The notes beneath the pieces are model-generated. The model was given only the letters and a program-made list of their open reading frames with translations. It searched no databases and was not told the DNA's origin. DNA of 64,000 nucleotides, from assembly GCA_027450205.1 (NCBI GenBank), contig DAIDJL010000004.1:75932-139931 (forward strand), in the 5' to 3' direction. The position numbers and the translations under genes were made by a program. This DNA is from Candidatus Parcubacteria bacterium (GTDB lineage Bacteria > Patescibacteriota > Minisyncoccia > UBA6257 > 2-01-FULL-56-20). This document shows positions 56,381 through 64,000 of the stretch, piece after piece. How positions within the stretch are numbered: the stretch's first letter is position 1; each line of letters starts with the position of its first letter.

Positions 56381-58111
56381 ATGGCAAACGGAAAATCACC
56401 AACAGACATCACGCCGATCGGATACCATAATTTTCGCGGCAACAGCGACCAGAAATTCGGCATCAAAGCGGATGATCGTCGGCGCCACATTTATGTCGTC
56501 GGAAAGACCGGCGTCGGAAAATCCACGTTGCTTGAGAATATGGCGATCGCCGACATTGAGGCCGGACGCGGCATTGCATTCCTTGATCCGCACGGCGAAT
56601 CCGCGGAGAAGCTCCTTGATTTCGTCCCGGAGGAGCGCCTGGATGACGTCATCTACTTCGATCCGTCGGACATGGAATATCCGATCGCATTCAATCCGAT
56701 GGAGCAGGTGGGCACGGAGTTCCGCCACCTGGTTGCCTCCGGTATCATGGGCGTGTTCAAGAAGATCTGGGTGGACGCCTGGTCCGCGCGCATGGAGTAT
56801 ATTTTGAACAATACGCTGCTTGCGCTCCTCGAGCTGCCGAACTCGACCTTATTGGGCGTTTTAAGGATGTTTGCCGAGCCGCCGTATCGCAAAAAAATAG
56901 TGGATAACCTGCAGGATCCCGTTATCAAGGCCTTCTGGCAGAACGAATTCGCACGATATTCGCAGAAGCTTGAGACCGAGGCGCTGGCCGCCATTCAGAA
57001 CAAGGTCGGGCAGTTCGTTTCAAATCCGCTGATCCGAAATATTCTCGGCCAGTCGCGCTCCACGATCAATATGCGCGATATCATGGATACGGGAAAGATA
57101 TTCATCGTCAATCTTTCAAAGGGAAAGATGGGGGAAGACAATTCGGCTTTGCTTGGCGCCATGATCATCTCGCGACTGCAGCTTGCCGCGATGTCGCGCG
57201 TGGATATTCCGGAGGACAAGCGCCGCGACTTTTTCATGTACGTGGATGAATTCCAGAACTTTGCGACGGATTCGTTCGCGAGCATTTTGTCCGAAGCGCG
57301 CAAATACCACCTTTCGCTTACCCTGGCCCATCAGTACATCGGCCAGTTGGTAACGAACGACGGCAACACGAAGGTGCGCGACGCGGTGTTCGGCAATGTT
57401 GGCACGATCATCACATTTCGCGTGGGCGCCGCCGACGGCGAATTTCTGGAAAAGGAATTTATGCCGGAATTCTTACAGAACGATCTTGTGAATCTGGCAA
57501 AGGCAAATATTTATATAAAACTGATGATCGACGGCGTGTCATCCAAGCCGTTTTCGGCAACGACGCTGCCGCCGCATATCCAGCCGCTCCAGTCGTACCG
57601 GGATATCATAATCAAAAATACCCGCGAACATTATGCGGTTCCGCGCAGGATCGTGGACGAGCGGATTGCGAGCGAGTGGAATGCCAGCAGTGAAGCGGCC
57701 ATCAATGAAAAGATCGGACGCCGGGATGAGAAGCCGCTTTCGCAGGTCTTGCGCCCGGGCGGCGGCACGGCGCCGCACACTTCCGACGTGCGTCCACGTG
57801 AACGCTATATGCCGCCGCGGCAATCCGTGACCTCATCGCCGACTCCGCCCGTTTCTTCTCCGCGGACGGCTTCCAACACTCCTCCTCCGTCCGTGCCGGT
57901 GATCGCTCCCGCTGCGCCGGCGGTTCGCGTGATGCGGCAGGAGCCGGCGGCGTCCGAGCCCGCTCCTGCTCCTGCGCCAAAACAGTTCGTCAGACCCAAG
58001 GTGGACATAGAAGCGCTCCGCCGTTCCATTAATGAATCGTTAAAAAAACAGGCGGAAGACGGTGTCGCGCCGATCGATCCCGTTAAGCCGCCTGACGAAT
58101 CCCCGAAGTGA
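56381..58111 (+). CDS. TrwB/TraD/VirD4-type (FtsK-HerA superfamily) P-loop ATPase with Pro/Ser-rich disordered C-terminus
   Basis: GKTGVGKST, FLDPHGE, VIYFDPSDMEYPIAFNPM, MYVDEFQNF, LTLAHQYIGQL; paralog of C-terminal half of 18327-20732. Confidence 0.7.
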   Translation: MANGKSPTDITPIGYHNFRGNSDQKFGIKADDRRRHIYVVGKTGVGKSTLLENMAIADIEAGRGIAFLDPHGESAEKLLDFVPEERLDDVIYFDPSDMEYPIAFNPMEQVGTEFRHLVASGIMGVFKKIWVDAWSARMEYILNNTLLALLELPNSTLLGVLRMFAEPPYRKKIVDNLQDPVIKAFWQNEFARYSQKLETEALAAIQNKVGQFVSNPLIRNILGQSRSTINMRDIMDTGKIFIVNLSKGKMGEDNSALLGAMIISRLQLAAMSRVDIPEDKRRDFFMYVDEFQNFATDSFASILSEARKYHLSLTLAHQYIGQLVTNDGNTKVRDAVFGNVGTIITFRVGAADGEFLEKEFMPEFLQNDLVNLAKANIYIKLMIDGVSSKPFSATTLPPHIQPLQSYRDIIIKNTREHYAVPRRIVDERIASEWNASSEAAINEKIGRRDEKPLSQVLRPGGGTAPHTSDVRPRERYMPPRQSVTSSPTPPVSSPRTASNTPPPSVPVIAPAAPAVRVMRQEPAASEPAPAPAPKQFVRPKVDIEALRRSINESLKKQAEDGVAPIDPVKPPDESPK

Positions 58112-58785
58112 TGCGTTTTCACATCCTTACTATCTTCCCCGGCATGTTCGATTCCTATATGGGGGAATCGCTTTTTAAGCGTGCCCAAAAAAAGAAGATC
58201 GTCTCCGTGCGCGCATTTGACCTTCGCTCATTTACCAAAGACAGGCACAAAAAAGTGGATGACCGTCCGTTCGGCGGCGGCCCGGGAATGGTGGTGAAGG
58301 TCCAGCCCGTCTGGGATGCGGTCAAAAAACTCAAAGCCCCCGGCTCAAAGACGTTAAAAAAACATAAAACGCGGATAGTCTTATTCTCGACGCGCGGAAA
58401 GCGTTTGGATGCGGCAATGGCACGGCGTCTTGCCGGGTATGACGATCTTATTCTGATTTGCGGGCGTTACGAAGGCGTTGATGAACGGGTGGCGGAACAT
58501 ATCGCCGACGAGGAGGTTTCGATCGGGGACTATGTTTTGTCCGGCGGGGAGATCCCGGCGCTCGTCCTCATAGAGGCGGTAAGCCGGCATGTCCCGGGAT
58601 TTTTAGGCAAGGAGGAGTCGTTGGAAGAGATCAATGGATCGTTCCCGACATATACGCGTCCGGAAGTTTTCTCTCCGGCAAAAGGAAAAAAATGGGGTGT
58701 CCCGCCGGTATTGCTCTCTGGCAATCATAAAAAAATCGACGCGTGGCGCAAAAAATTTGACGAAACTAAAAAAAATAGGATATAA
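58108..58785 (+). CDS. trmD: tRNA (guanine37-N1)-methyltransferase
   Basis: ILTIFPGMF, DDRPFGGGPGMV, SPOUT knot motifs. Confidence 0.9.
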   Translation: MMRFHILTIFPGMFDSYMGESLFKRAQKKKIVSVRAFDLRSFTKDRHKKVDDRPFGGGPGMVVKVQPVWDAVKKLKAPGSKTLKKHKTRIVLFSTRGKRLDAAMARRLAGYDDLILICGRYEGVDERVAEHIADEEVSIGDYVLSGGEIPALVLIEAVSRHVPGFLGKEESLEEINGSFPTYTRPEVFSPAKGKKWGVPPVLLSGNHKKIDAWRKKFDETKKNRI

Positions 58786-58826
58786 TCTTCCTGGAAGCTT
58801 GAAAATCCGATCCCGGAGAGGTTGTA

Positions 58827-59270
58827 ATGGCAGATTTCATCGTTCTTTCGTTGGCACGACTCCTTTCGCAAGTATATCGAAATTTACGAAAGAAGTTGGC
58901 GCTTTTTAATACGGCAAAACGCGTTGACGGGTACAAACCCAGCGTGCGGCGCCTTAATCTTCGTCGGGCACTTCTGCCCGAGTTGAGGACCCACGCACGG
59001 ACGATCAAGCGGTATCAAGAAAAGCTTGATTATTGGCGCCTTCAAAAGCGTAAAGAAAAATCCCGCATCAAGAGAAAGCATTGCGAAGACAATATCAATG
59101 CCATTAAAATTCTGATCTATAACCAAAGGCTCAAGTGTGAGAAAATTTGGAAACACCTCAAAGCGTACGACGCATTGCCGGTGGACTCTTCGACCAAGCG
59201 GCCATGGCAAAGCATAGATGCTTATATTGAGCATCTGAGCGTCGCCAAGAAAGAGGCATTGTATGCATGA
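58827..59270 (+). CDS. Hypothetical basic protein (147 aa)
   Basis: Lys/Arg-rich ORF; overlaps comEC start by 4 nt. Confidence 0.4.
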   Translation: MADFIVLSLARLLSQVYRNLRKKLALFNTAKRVDGYKPSVRRLNLRRALLPELRTHARTIKRYQEKLDYWRLQKRKEKSRIKRKHCEDNINAIKILIYNQRLKCEKIWKHLKAYDALPVDSSTKRPWQSIDAYIEHLSVAKKEALYA

Positions 59271-60769
59271 TGGTGCCTCACCGGCGCGACTCTTCAATGA
59301 GCCGCGCCATTTTTTATATTCTTTTAATCCCGCATGCGTATGATGGATGCATGTATATGCCCATAAGAGCGGGGGATATTTCTTTTTATGCCGCGGCGGC
59401 ATTCATGTCCGGTGTGTTTGCGGCGAATATGGGTTGGAATTTATGGATGCTCGGCACGGCGAGTTTTACTGCCGGCGCAATGCTCGTTCTATATACCCGG
59501 ATATCTTGGAAGTATGCCGTGTTTATTCTTTTCGCAGCATTTGCCGGCGCACTCTATTATTCTGCGTATGTCCACTGGAATGCGGCGCACATCAGGCTGC
59601 CGGGCGGGAAACATGCTGCATTCTTTGGAGTGATAAAAGAAGAGCCGAAGCAGGCGGGGAATTTTATCATGCTTGCCGTTTCGCTTTCGCGCCCGTATGC
59701 CGGCGCGGTAGATATTTTTACTATGCCGGGCATCACCTCATTTCATTACGGCGACGAGCTATGGGTGAACGGATCGGTGGATGCCTCAAAAGATCCTGGC
59801 GCGTCGCCGGCGGTATTCCTGCCGCGATTGCGCGTGGTCGCGCAACACGAAGGGTTTTGGCTCAGGGAGTGGCTTATCGATCTCAAGGAGGCCATCATAA
59901 GGAAGATCGTAAAGATGCTGCCGCCGGATCAGGCCGCGCTCCTCGCCGGGATCATGGTCGGTACGACGGGTACGATAAGCGCCGCGCTCAGAGCCCAGAT
60001 GGAGATATCGGGTACGACATATATCGTGAATATGTTCGGATACAAGATCGCGCTTATCACCGCCGCGCTCGCTGCGGTGCTCAAGGATCGCCTGCCGCGC
60101 CGGTGGCTTCTCGCGGTCACGCTTGGCGTGGTCGCACTTTTTGTGCTCGCGTCTGGCGCCGGCGTTTCCGCGGTACGCGCGGCGGTGATGGGGTCGTTCG
60201 CCGTCATCGCACGCGGGACGGGAAAGGTGTTCAGTCCGCGGCACGCAGTGGCGTTCGCCGCACTCGGTATGGTGCTTGCGGACGCGACACTCCTCACCGA
60301 TGCCGGATTCCAGCTCTCATTTCTAAGCTTCATCGGCATCTATTACCTTGCCGATCCGGTCAATAATCTGTTCCGTTGGACCGACGGGGGAGTGTTGCAA
60401 TGGAAAGAACACGCGATGCTTTCACTGACCACCAATCTTGCGATCCTGCCGGTCGTGATAAATACGTTCGGCGAGTTTTCGCTGACGTCGTTCATCTCCA
60501 ATGTTCTTATCATGATCCCGTGGCTCGCGGTGTTCGCATTCGGCGGGCTTACCACCGTGCTTGGCAGCATCTTCCCGCCGCTCGCGTTCTGTGCGGTACA
60601 GGTTGTGGGCGTGCTCATGCAATATGAACTTTTTGTCATCCATTTGTTCAGCATCGCCGCCGTGCCGATGCCGGCGGTATTCGGTTCGCCGTTCGCGATC
60701 GCATTCTATTACGGCGCACTCATTGTTTTTACCTATTACTATGGCGCGCCAGCGCAAAATAATAATTGA
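59267..60769 (+). CDS. comEC: ComEC/Rec2 competence channel, membrane portion
   Basis: DUF4131-like N-terminus + Competence domain TM core (LLAGIMVG ... YIVNMFGYKIAL ... LSFLSF); true start possibly internal. Confidence 0.7.
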   Translation: MMVPHRRDSSMSRAIFYILLIPHAYDGCMYMPIRAGDISFYAAAAFMSGVFAANMGWNLWMLGTASFTAGAMLVLYTRISWKYAVFILFAAFAGALYYSAYVHWNAAHIRLPGGKHAAFFGVIKEEPKQAGNFIMLAVSLSRPYAGAVDIFTMPGITSFHYGDELWVNGSVDASKDPGASPAVFLPRLRVVAQHEGFWLREWLIDLKEAIIRKIVKMLPPDQAALLAGIMVGTTGTISAALRAQMEISGTTYIVNMFGYKIALITAALAAVLKDRLPRRWLLAVTLGVVALFVLASGAGVSAVRAAVMGSFAVIARGTGKVFSPRHAVAFAALGMVLADATLLTDAGFQLSFLSFIGIYYLADPVNNLFRWTDGGVLQWKEHAMLSLTTNLAILPVVINTFGEFSLTSFISNVLIMIPWLAVFAFGGLTTVLGSIFPPLAFCAVQVVGVLMQYELFVIHLFSIAAVPMPAVFGSPFAIAFYYGALIVFTYYYGAPAQNNN

Positions 60770-61658
60770 CATCGGGAGCGCACTCGTCATTTTGGCGCTC
60801 ATTGTGCTTTCCGCGGCGGTAGGGGAAAGGATCTTTTTGGATGTTCGCACGCGGGCGAGCGGGAGCGGAGGAAATGGTGGCGGCAGTGGCAGCGCGGGCG
60901 CGTCGCACATCTATTTTTTCTCCGTGACACAGGGCGCGTCGTCGTTGCTTGTGTTGCCGGGCGGCATCACCGTGCTTACTGACGCGGGTTCCGATAATGC
61001 CATCGTGAACGAATTGCAAACAGTGATGCCGCCCAACGTCGGACAATACATTGACCTTGCGATCATTTCCTCCCCGCAATCTGCGGATTACGGGGGATAT
61101 CAATACCTTCTCGCGCACTATACCATTGGCGCGTTTTTATATAACGGCCGGAGCGATGCCGTGCATAAGACCGAGTGGCAGCAATTGATGACTGCGATCG
61201 TCACAAAACATATTCCACTCATCACTATAGCTGCGGGAGATCGTATTCGGTATGGCACCGATGCCGCTATAGACATTCTTTCGCCGGACGGCGATTTTGC
61301 GCATAGCGCGGACCCGAGCGATACCGGGATCGTCCAGCGGGTTGCAACGCCTGCATTCACCGTGTTGCTTGCTGCCGATATGGGTGCAAATGTTGAGAAT
61401 GCCTTGATTGCGCGAGGCAATGGCACGAACGCGACGGATTTGCGCGCAAACATCCTCAAGGCGCCGTTTCCCGGAGTGGGTACCGCCGCCGGAGACGTGT
61501 TCCTGCGCGCTGTTGCCCCCAAAACGGTGGTCGTTATGCCGGGAGTGAAGGGCACCGCGAGCGTGCCGACGAAGGCGATGCTCGCGCATCTGGCATCATC
61601 CACGAACGCGGCGATAGTGTCGCCCAAAGGCGGCTCTTTTTTGTTGTATAATAAGTAG
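60741..61658 (+). CDS. ComEC-associated metallo-beta-lactamase-fold domain protein (separate ORF, own TM anchor)
   Basis: TM helix then YFFSVTQGASSLLVLPGG ... DAGSD pattern of ComEC C-terminal MBL domain; start set at MARQRK. Confidence 0.55.
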   Translation: MARQRKIIIDIGSALVILALIVLSAAVGERIFLDVRTRASGSGGNGGGSGSAGASHIYFFSVTQGASSLLVLPGGITVLTDAGSDNAIVNELQTVMPPNVGQYIDLAIISSPQSADYGGYQYLLAHYTIGAFLYNGRSDAVHKTEWQQLMTAIVTKHIPLITIAAGDRIRYGTDAAIDILSPDGDFAHSADPSDTGIVQRVATPAFTVLLAADMGANVENALIARGNGTNATDLRANILKAPFPGVGTAAGDVFLRAVAPKTVVVMPGVKGTASVPTKAMLAHLASSTNAAIVSPKGGSFLLYNK

Positions 61659-61660
61659 AC

Positions 61661-63178
61661 ATGACACTCTTGATAAAGAACGTCCAGATCGTCGGCAAAG
61701 CGGGCGGCGTATCCGATCTCTTTGTGAGCGATAATAAGATATCCGCGATCGGGAATTTTCCCAATAAAAATGCCGCCGTGGTACTGGATGGGCAGGGAGC
61801 ATTTCTCAGTTCCGGTTTTATAGATTGCGACACCGCATCCGACCATTATCTTACCCTTTTTGACAGTCCAGGCCAGGAAGATTTCATACGCCAGGGGGTG
61901 ACGACAATCATGGGCGGGATGTGCGGCGCTTCGCTCGCGCCGCTTCTGTATGGTTCGCTCGAATCCATCCAAAAATGGGGCGACACGGATCGCATCAACG
62001 TCAACTGGCATACGATGGCGGAATTTTTTGCGGTGATGGACAGGCGTCCGGCGGCGGTGAACTTCGGGACGCTCGTCGGCCATTCGACCGTGCGTCGCGC
62101 GATCGTGGGCGAGTCGCTTCGTGACCTTACCAAAAACGAGCTTAGCGTTTTCGCGCGTACGCTCGAGGCTGCGCTACAGGAGGGTGCATTCGGATTGTCG
62201 ACGGGGCTTGGCTATGTGCATGCGCGCAAGACGCCGTATGCGGAACTGCGTCTGCTCGCGGAGATCGTAAAGAAATACCGGGGCGTGTATGCGACGCATC
62301 TTCGCCAGGACGGCGCCGGGGTCAGGGCGGCGGTGGAGGAAGCGATCAAGCTCGCAAAAGAGACCGGCGTGTCCACCCTTATCAGCCACTTCGGCCCGGT
62401 GCTCGGTGCGGAAAAGGAATATGAGTCAGCGCTTGCGCTCATCGAGGAGCTTCCTGCGGATGTCGACCTGCATTTTGATATTTCCCCGTCAACGAGCTCT
62501 CTCATGCCGATCTATACCTTCCTGCCTGAGTGGGCGCAGACAGGCGGGCTCAAGGTGATGGCCGCCAATATCCAGGATGAGTGGCTTCTGCCGCGCATCA
62601 TCAAAGACATTCCACCGCTCGACGAACGGAATTTTATCATCGCACAGGCGCCGGGAAACGATATTCTCGTAGGGCGGTCATTGAAGGAAGTCAGGGAAAT
62701 GTATGAGGTGAAGGACAGCCGCGACGCGCTCATACGCCTCATGCAGGCGTTGCAGCTGAAGGGGAGCGTGCTCTATAAGAATCTCGATGCGAACCTGATC
62801 GCGCGCGCGATCGAGAGCAAGCGGAGCCTCATCGCTTCCGCCGCGCCGAGCATCACCGCGGAGATGCCGGGAAAAAAGCATTTCAAGTCCGCGCGGACCA
62901 CCGCTACGTTCTCCTCGTTCCTTTCGCTCGCCGAGGAGCGGTCGCTTATGTCGTTCGAAGACGCCGTGCGGAAGATCACGCTGGATCCGGCAAAAAAATT
63001 CGGCATCGCGGGCAGGGGAGCCGTCGCGGAAGGGAATTTTGCGGATCTGGTGTGTTTCCGCCCCGGTGAAATAAAGTTCGCCGTCGTGAACGGTCGCGTG
63101 GTCGAAAAACAGGGCGAGTTCCAATCCGTGCTTTCCGGGAAAACACTTCGCCGTCCGGTGGGAAAAAAAATATCATAG
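61661..63178 (+). CDS. Amidohydrolase-family enzyme (D-aminoacylase/N-acyl-D-amino-acid deacylase-like)
   Basis: N-terminal LIKNVQIV ... GFIDCDTASDH metal-binding start, C-terminal FADLVCF ... NGRVV. Confidence 0.7.
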   Translation: MTLLIKNVQIVGKAGGVSDLFVSDNKISAIGNFPNKNAAVVLDGQGAFLSSGFIDCDTASDHYLTLFDSPGQEDFIRQGVTTIMGGMCGASLAPLLYGSLESIQKWGDTDRINVNWHTMAEFFAVMDRRPAAVNFGTLVGHSTVRRAIVGESLRDLTKNELSVFARTLEAALQEGAFGLSTGLGYVHARKTPYAELRLLAEIVKKYRGVYATHLRQDGAGVRAAVEEAIKLAKETGVSTLISHFGPVLGAEKEYESALALIEELPADVDLHFDISPSTSSLMPIYTFLPEWAQTGGLKVMAANIQDEWLLPRIIKDIPPLDERNFIIAQAPGNDILVGRSLKEVREMYEVKDSRDALIRLMQALQLKGSVLYKNLDANLIARAIESKRSLIASAAPSITAEMPGKKHFKSARTTATFSSFLSLAEERSLMSFEDAVRKITLDPAKKFGIAGRGAVAEGNFADLVCFRPGEIKFAVVNGRVVEKQGEFQSVLSGKTLRRPVGKKIS

Positions 63179-63181
63179 CGC

Positions 63182-64000
63182 ATGGCACGGACCAGACGAA
63201 CGAATGCAGGCACGCCGGATTATTTTTTGATGGCGGCGTTATGCATACTTCTTGTTTTTGGCCTTGCGATGCTGGCGTCCGCTTCGTCGGACCTTGGCAA
63301 GCAGCTTTTCAACAATAGTTATTATTATCTGGAGCACCAGCTTGAGTTCGGCCTTACGGTCGGCCTGGCGGGATTCCTTGTTGCCTATTTCGTTCCGTAT
63401 TATAAGTTCAAAAATATCGCATTCGTACTTTTGCTGGTCAGTATGGCAGCACTTGTGCTCGTGTTTACGCCGCTTGGTACGGCGGCCAGCGGTTCCACCC
63501 GATGGCTTCGGCTCGGCCCGCTCAGCTTCCAGCCCGCAGAGCTGATGAAGTTCACCTATATTATGTATCTTGCCGCGTGGCTTTCCAACTCGAAGAAGCG
63601 CGCCACCGATTTCCAGTCGGGACTCCTGCCCTTCGCGGTCATCTCCGGGCTTATCGCGGTCCTGCTCGTGTTCCAGCCGGCAACGAGCACTGTTGCGATC
63701 CTTCTGTGTTCCGGCCTCGTCGTGTACTTCGTAAGCGGCGCGCCGTTGAAATATATTTTGGGCATCATCGCGATCGCCGTTGCCGGAGTGGCAATTCTCG
63801 TTGTCGCGACGCCATATCGCCTCGCGCGCGTCACCGGGTTTCTTAACCAGAGCAAAAATACGCAGGGGCAGAACTATCAGCTGAACCAGGCGCTGATCGC
63901 GATCGGTTCGGGCGGGCTCACCGGACAAGGATACGGCCAATCGGCCACGAAAGACAGCTATCTTCCCGCGCCGATCGATGATTCTATTTTTGCGGTCGTG
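63182..64000 (+). CDS. SEDS-family peptidoglycan glycosyltransferase FtsW/RodA (3' end beyond window)
   Basis: hand translation: ... QPAELMKFTYIMYLAAWL ... ALIAIGSGGLTGQGYGQSATKDSYLPAPIDDSIFAVV; not in ORF track because no stop before window end. Confidence 0.75.
   Translation, partial: MARTRRTNAGTPDYFLMAALCILLVFGLAMLASASSDLGKQLFNNSYYYLEHQLEFGLTVGLAGFLVAYFVPYYKFKNIAFVLLLVSMAALVLVFTPLGTAASGSTRWLRLGPLSFQPAELMKFTYIMYLAAWLSNSKKRATDFQSGLLPFAVISGLIAVLLVFQPATSTVAILLCSGLVVYFVSGAPLKYILGIIAIAVAGVAILVVATPYRLARVTGFLNQSKNTQGQNYQLNQALIAIGSGGLTGQGYGQSATKDSYLPAPIDDSIFAVV

Overview
High-GC, gene-dense bacterial window whose gene content (short SMC, ProRS without an editing domain, AspRS without a GAD domain, split ComEC, many small membrane proteins) and intron-free 16S look like a reduced-genome, CPR/Patescibacteria-like lineage. 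This lineage assignment is inference; nothing was searched.

Core content, in order:
- rnc (5' truncated) and smc.
- An odd tRNA-Ala(CGC) cluster.
- mazG-like gene, murI, rpsP-khpA, efp, mnmA, proS, mreBCD-mrdA, a galT-like gene, rplU, a GT39/83 glycosyltransferase.
- pgk, nrnA, rnhA, two XRE regulators, RNase P RNA (rnpB).
- Secreted cell-wall-associated proteins, a CPBP protease, pyk, cfa, a P-type ATPase with MgtC, aspS, ndk, a Nudix hydrolase.
- An RF1-like release factor lacking its N-terminal domain, tandem orphan REC domains, rpmE.
- A 16S rRNA with its promoter and processing stem, a third REC gene, rplS, tRNA-Leu(GAG).
- A CYTH protein, secDF, a sigma70-region-4 protein, trmD, comEC as two genes, an amidohydrolase, and partial ftsW/rodA.

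Most notable, in order of interest:
1. Directly after rnpB (25.8-31.4 kb) lies a tandem array of four gene 'islets'. Each is bounded by a direct repeat of the last 17-23 nt of RNase P RNA. Each carries its own sigma70 promoter, small hypothetical cargo genes with strong Shine-Dalgarno sites, and a conserved double-terminator module. No recombinase is present in the window. This looks like serial site-specific insertion into the rnpB 3' end, or a cassette-like array.
2. The 16S 3' end reads GGAUCA-AUUAAAC and lacks the CCUCCUUA anti-SD. Most core genes lack Shine-Dalgarno sites and several are leaderless, whereas the islet genes carry AGGAGG.
3. A ~140-150-nt GC-rich structured element occurs twice in opposite orientations: upstream of murI and downstream of efp. 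Three helices show compensatory covariation between the copies.
4. A VirD4/TraD-type coupling-protein-like ATPase module occurs twice. It is fused to its membrane partner at 18.3 kb and split into two genes at 55-58 kb, next to comEC.
5. The tRNA-Ala locus carries displaced 5' and 3' gene fragments and a perfect 20-bp inverted repeat that brackets the intact copy.
6. A promoter-to-terminator ~265-nt non-coding transcript sits at 20.8-21.0 kb.

No CRISPR array, transposase or integrase was recognised.
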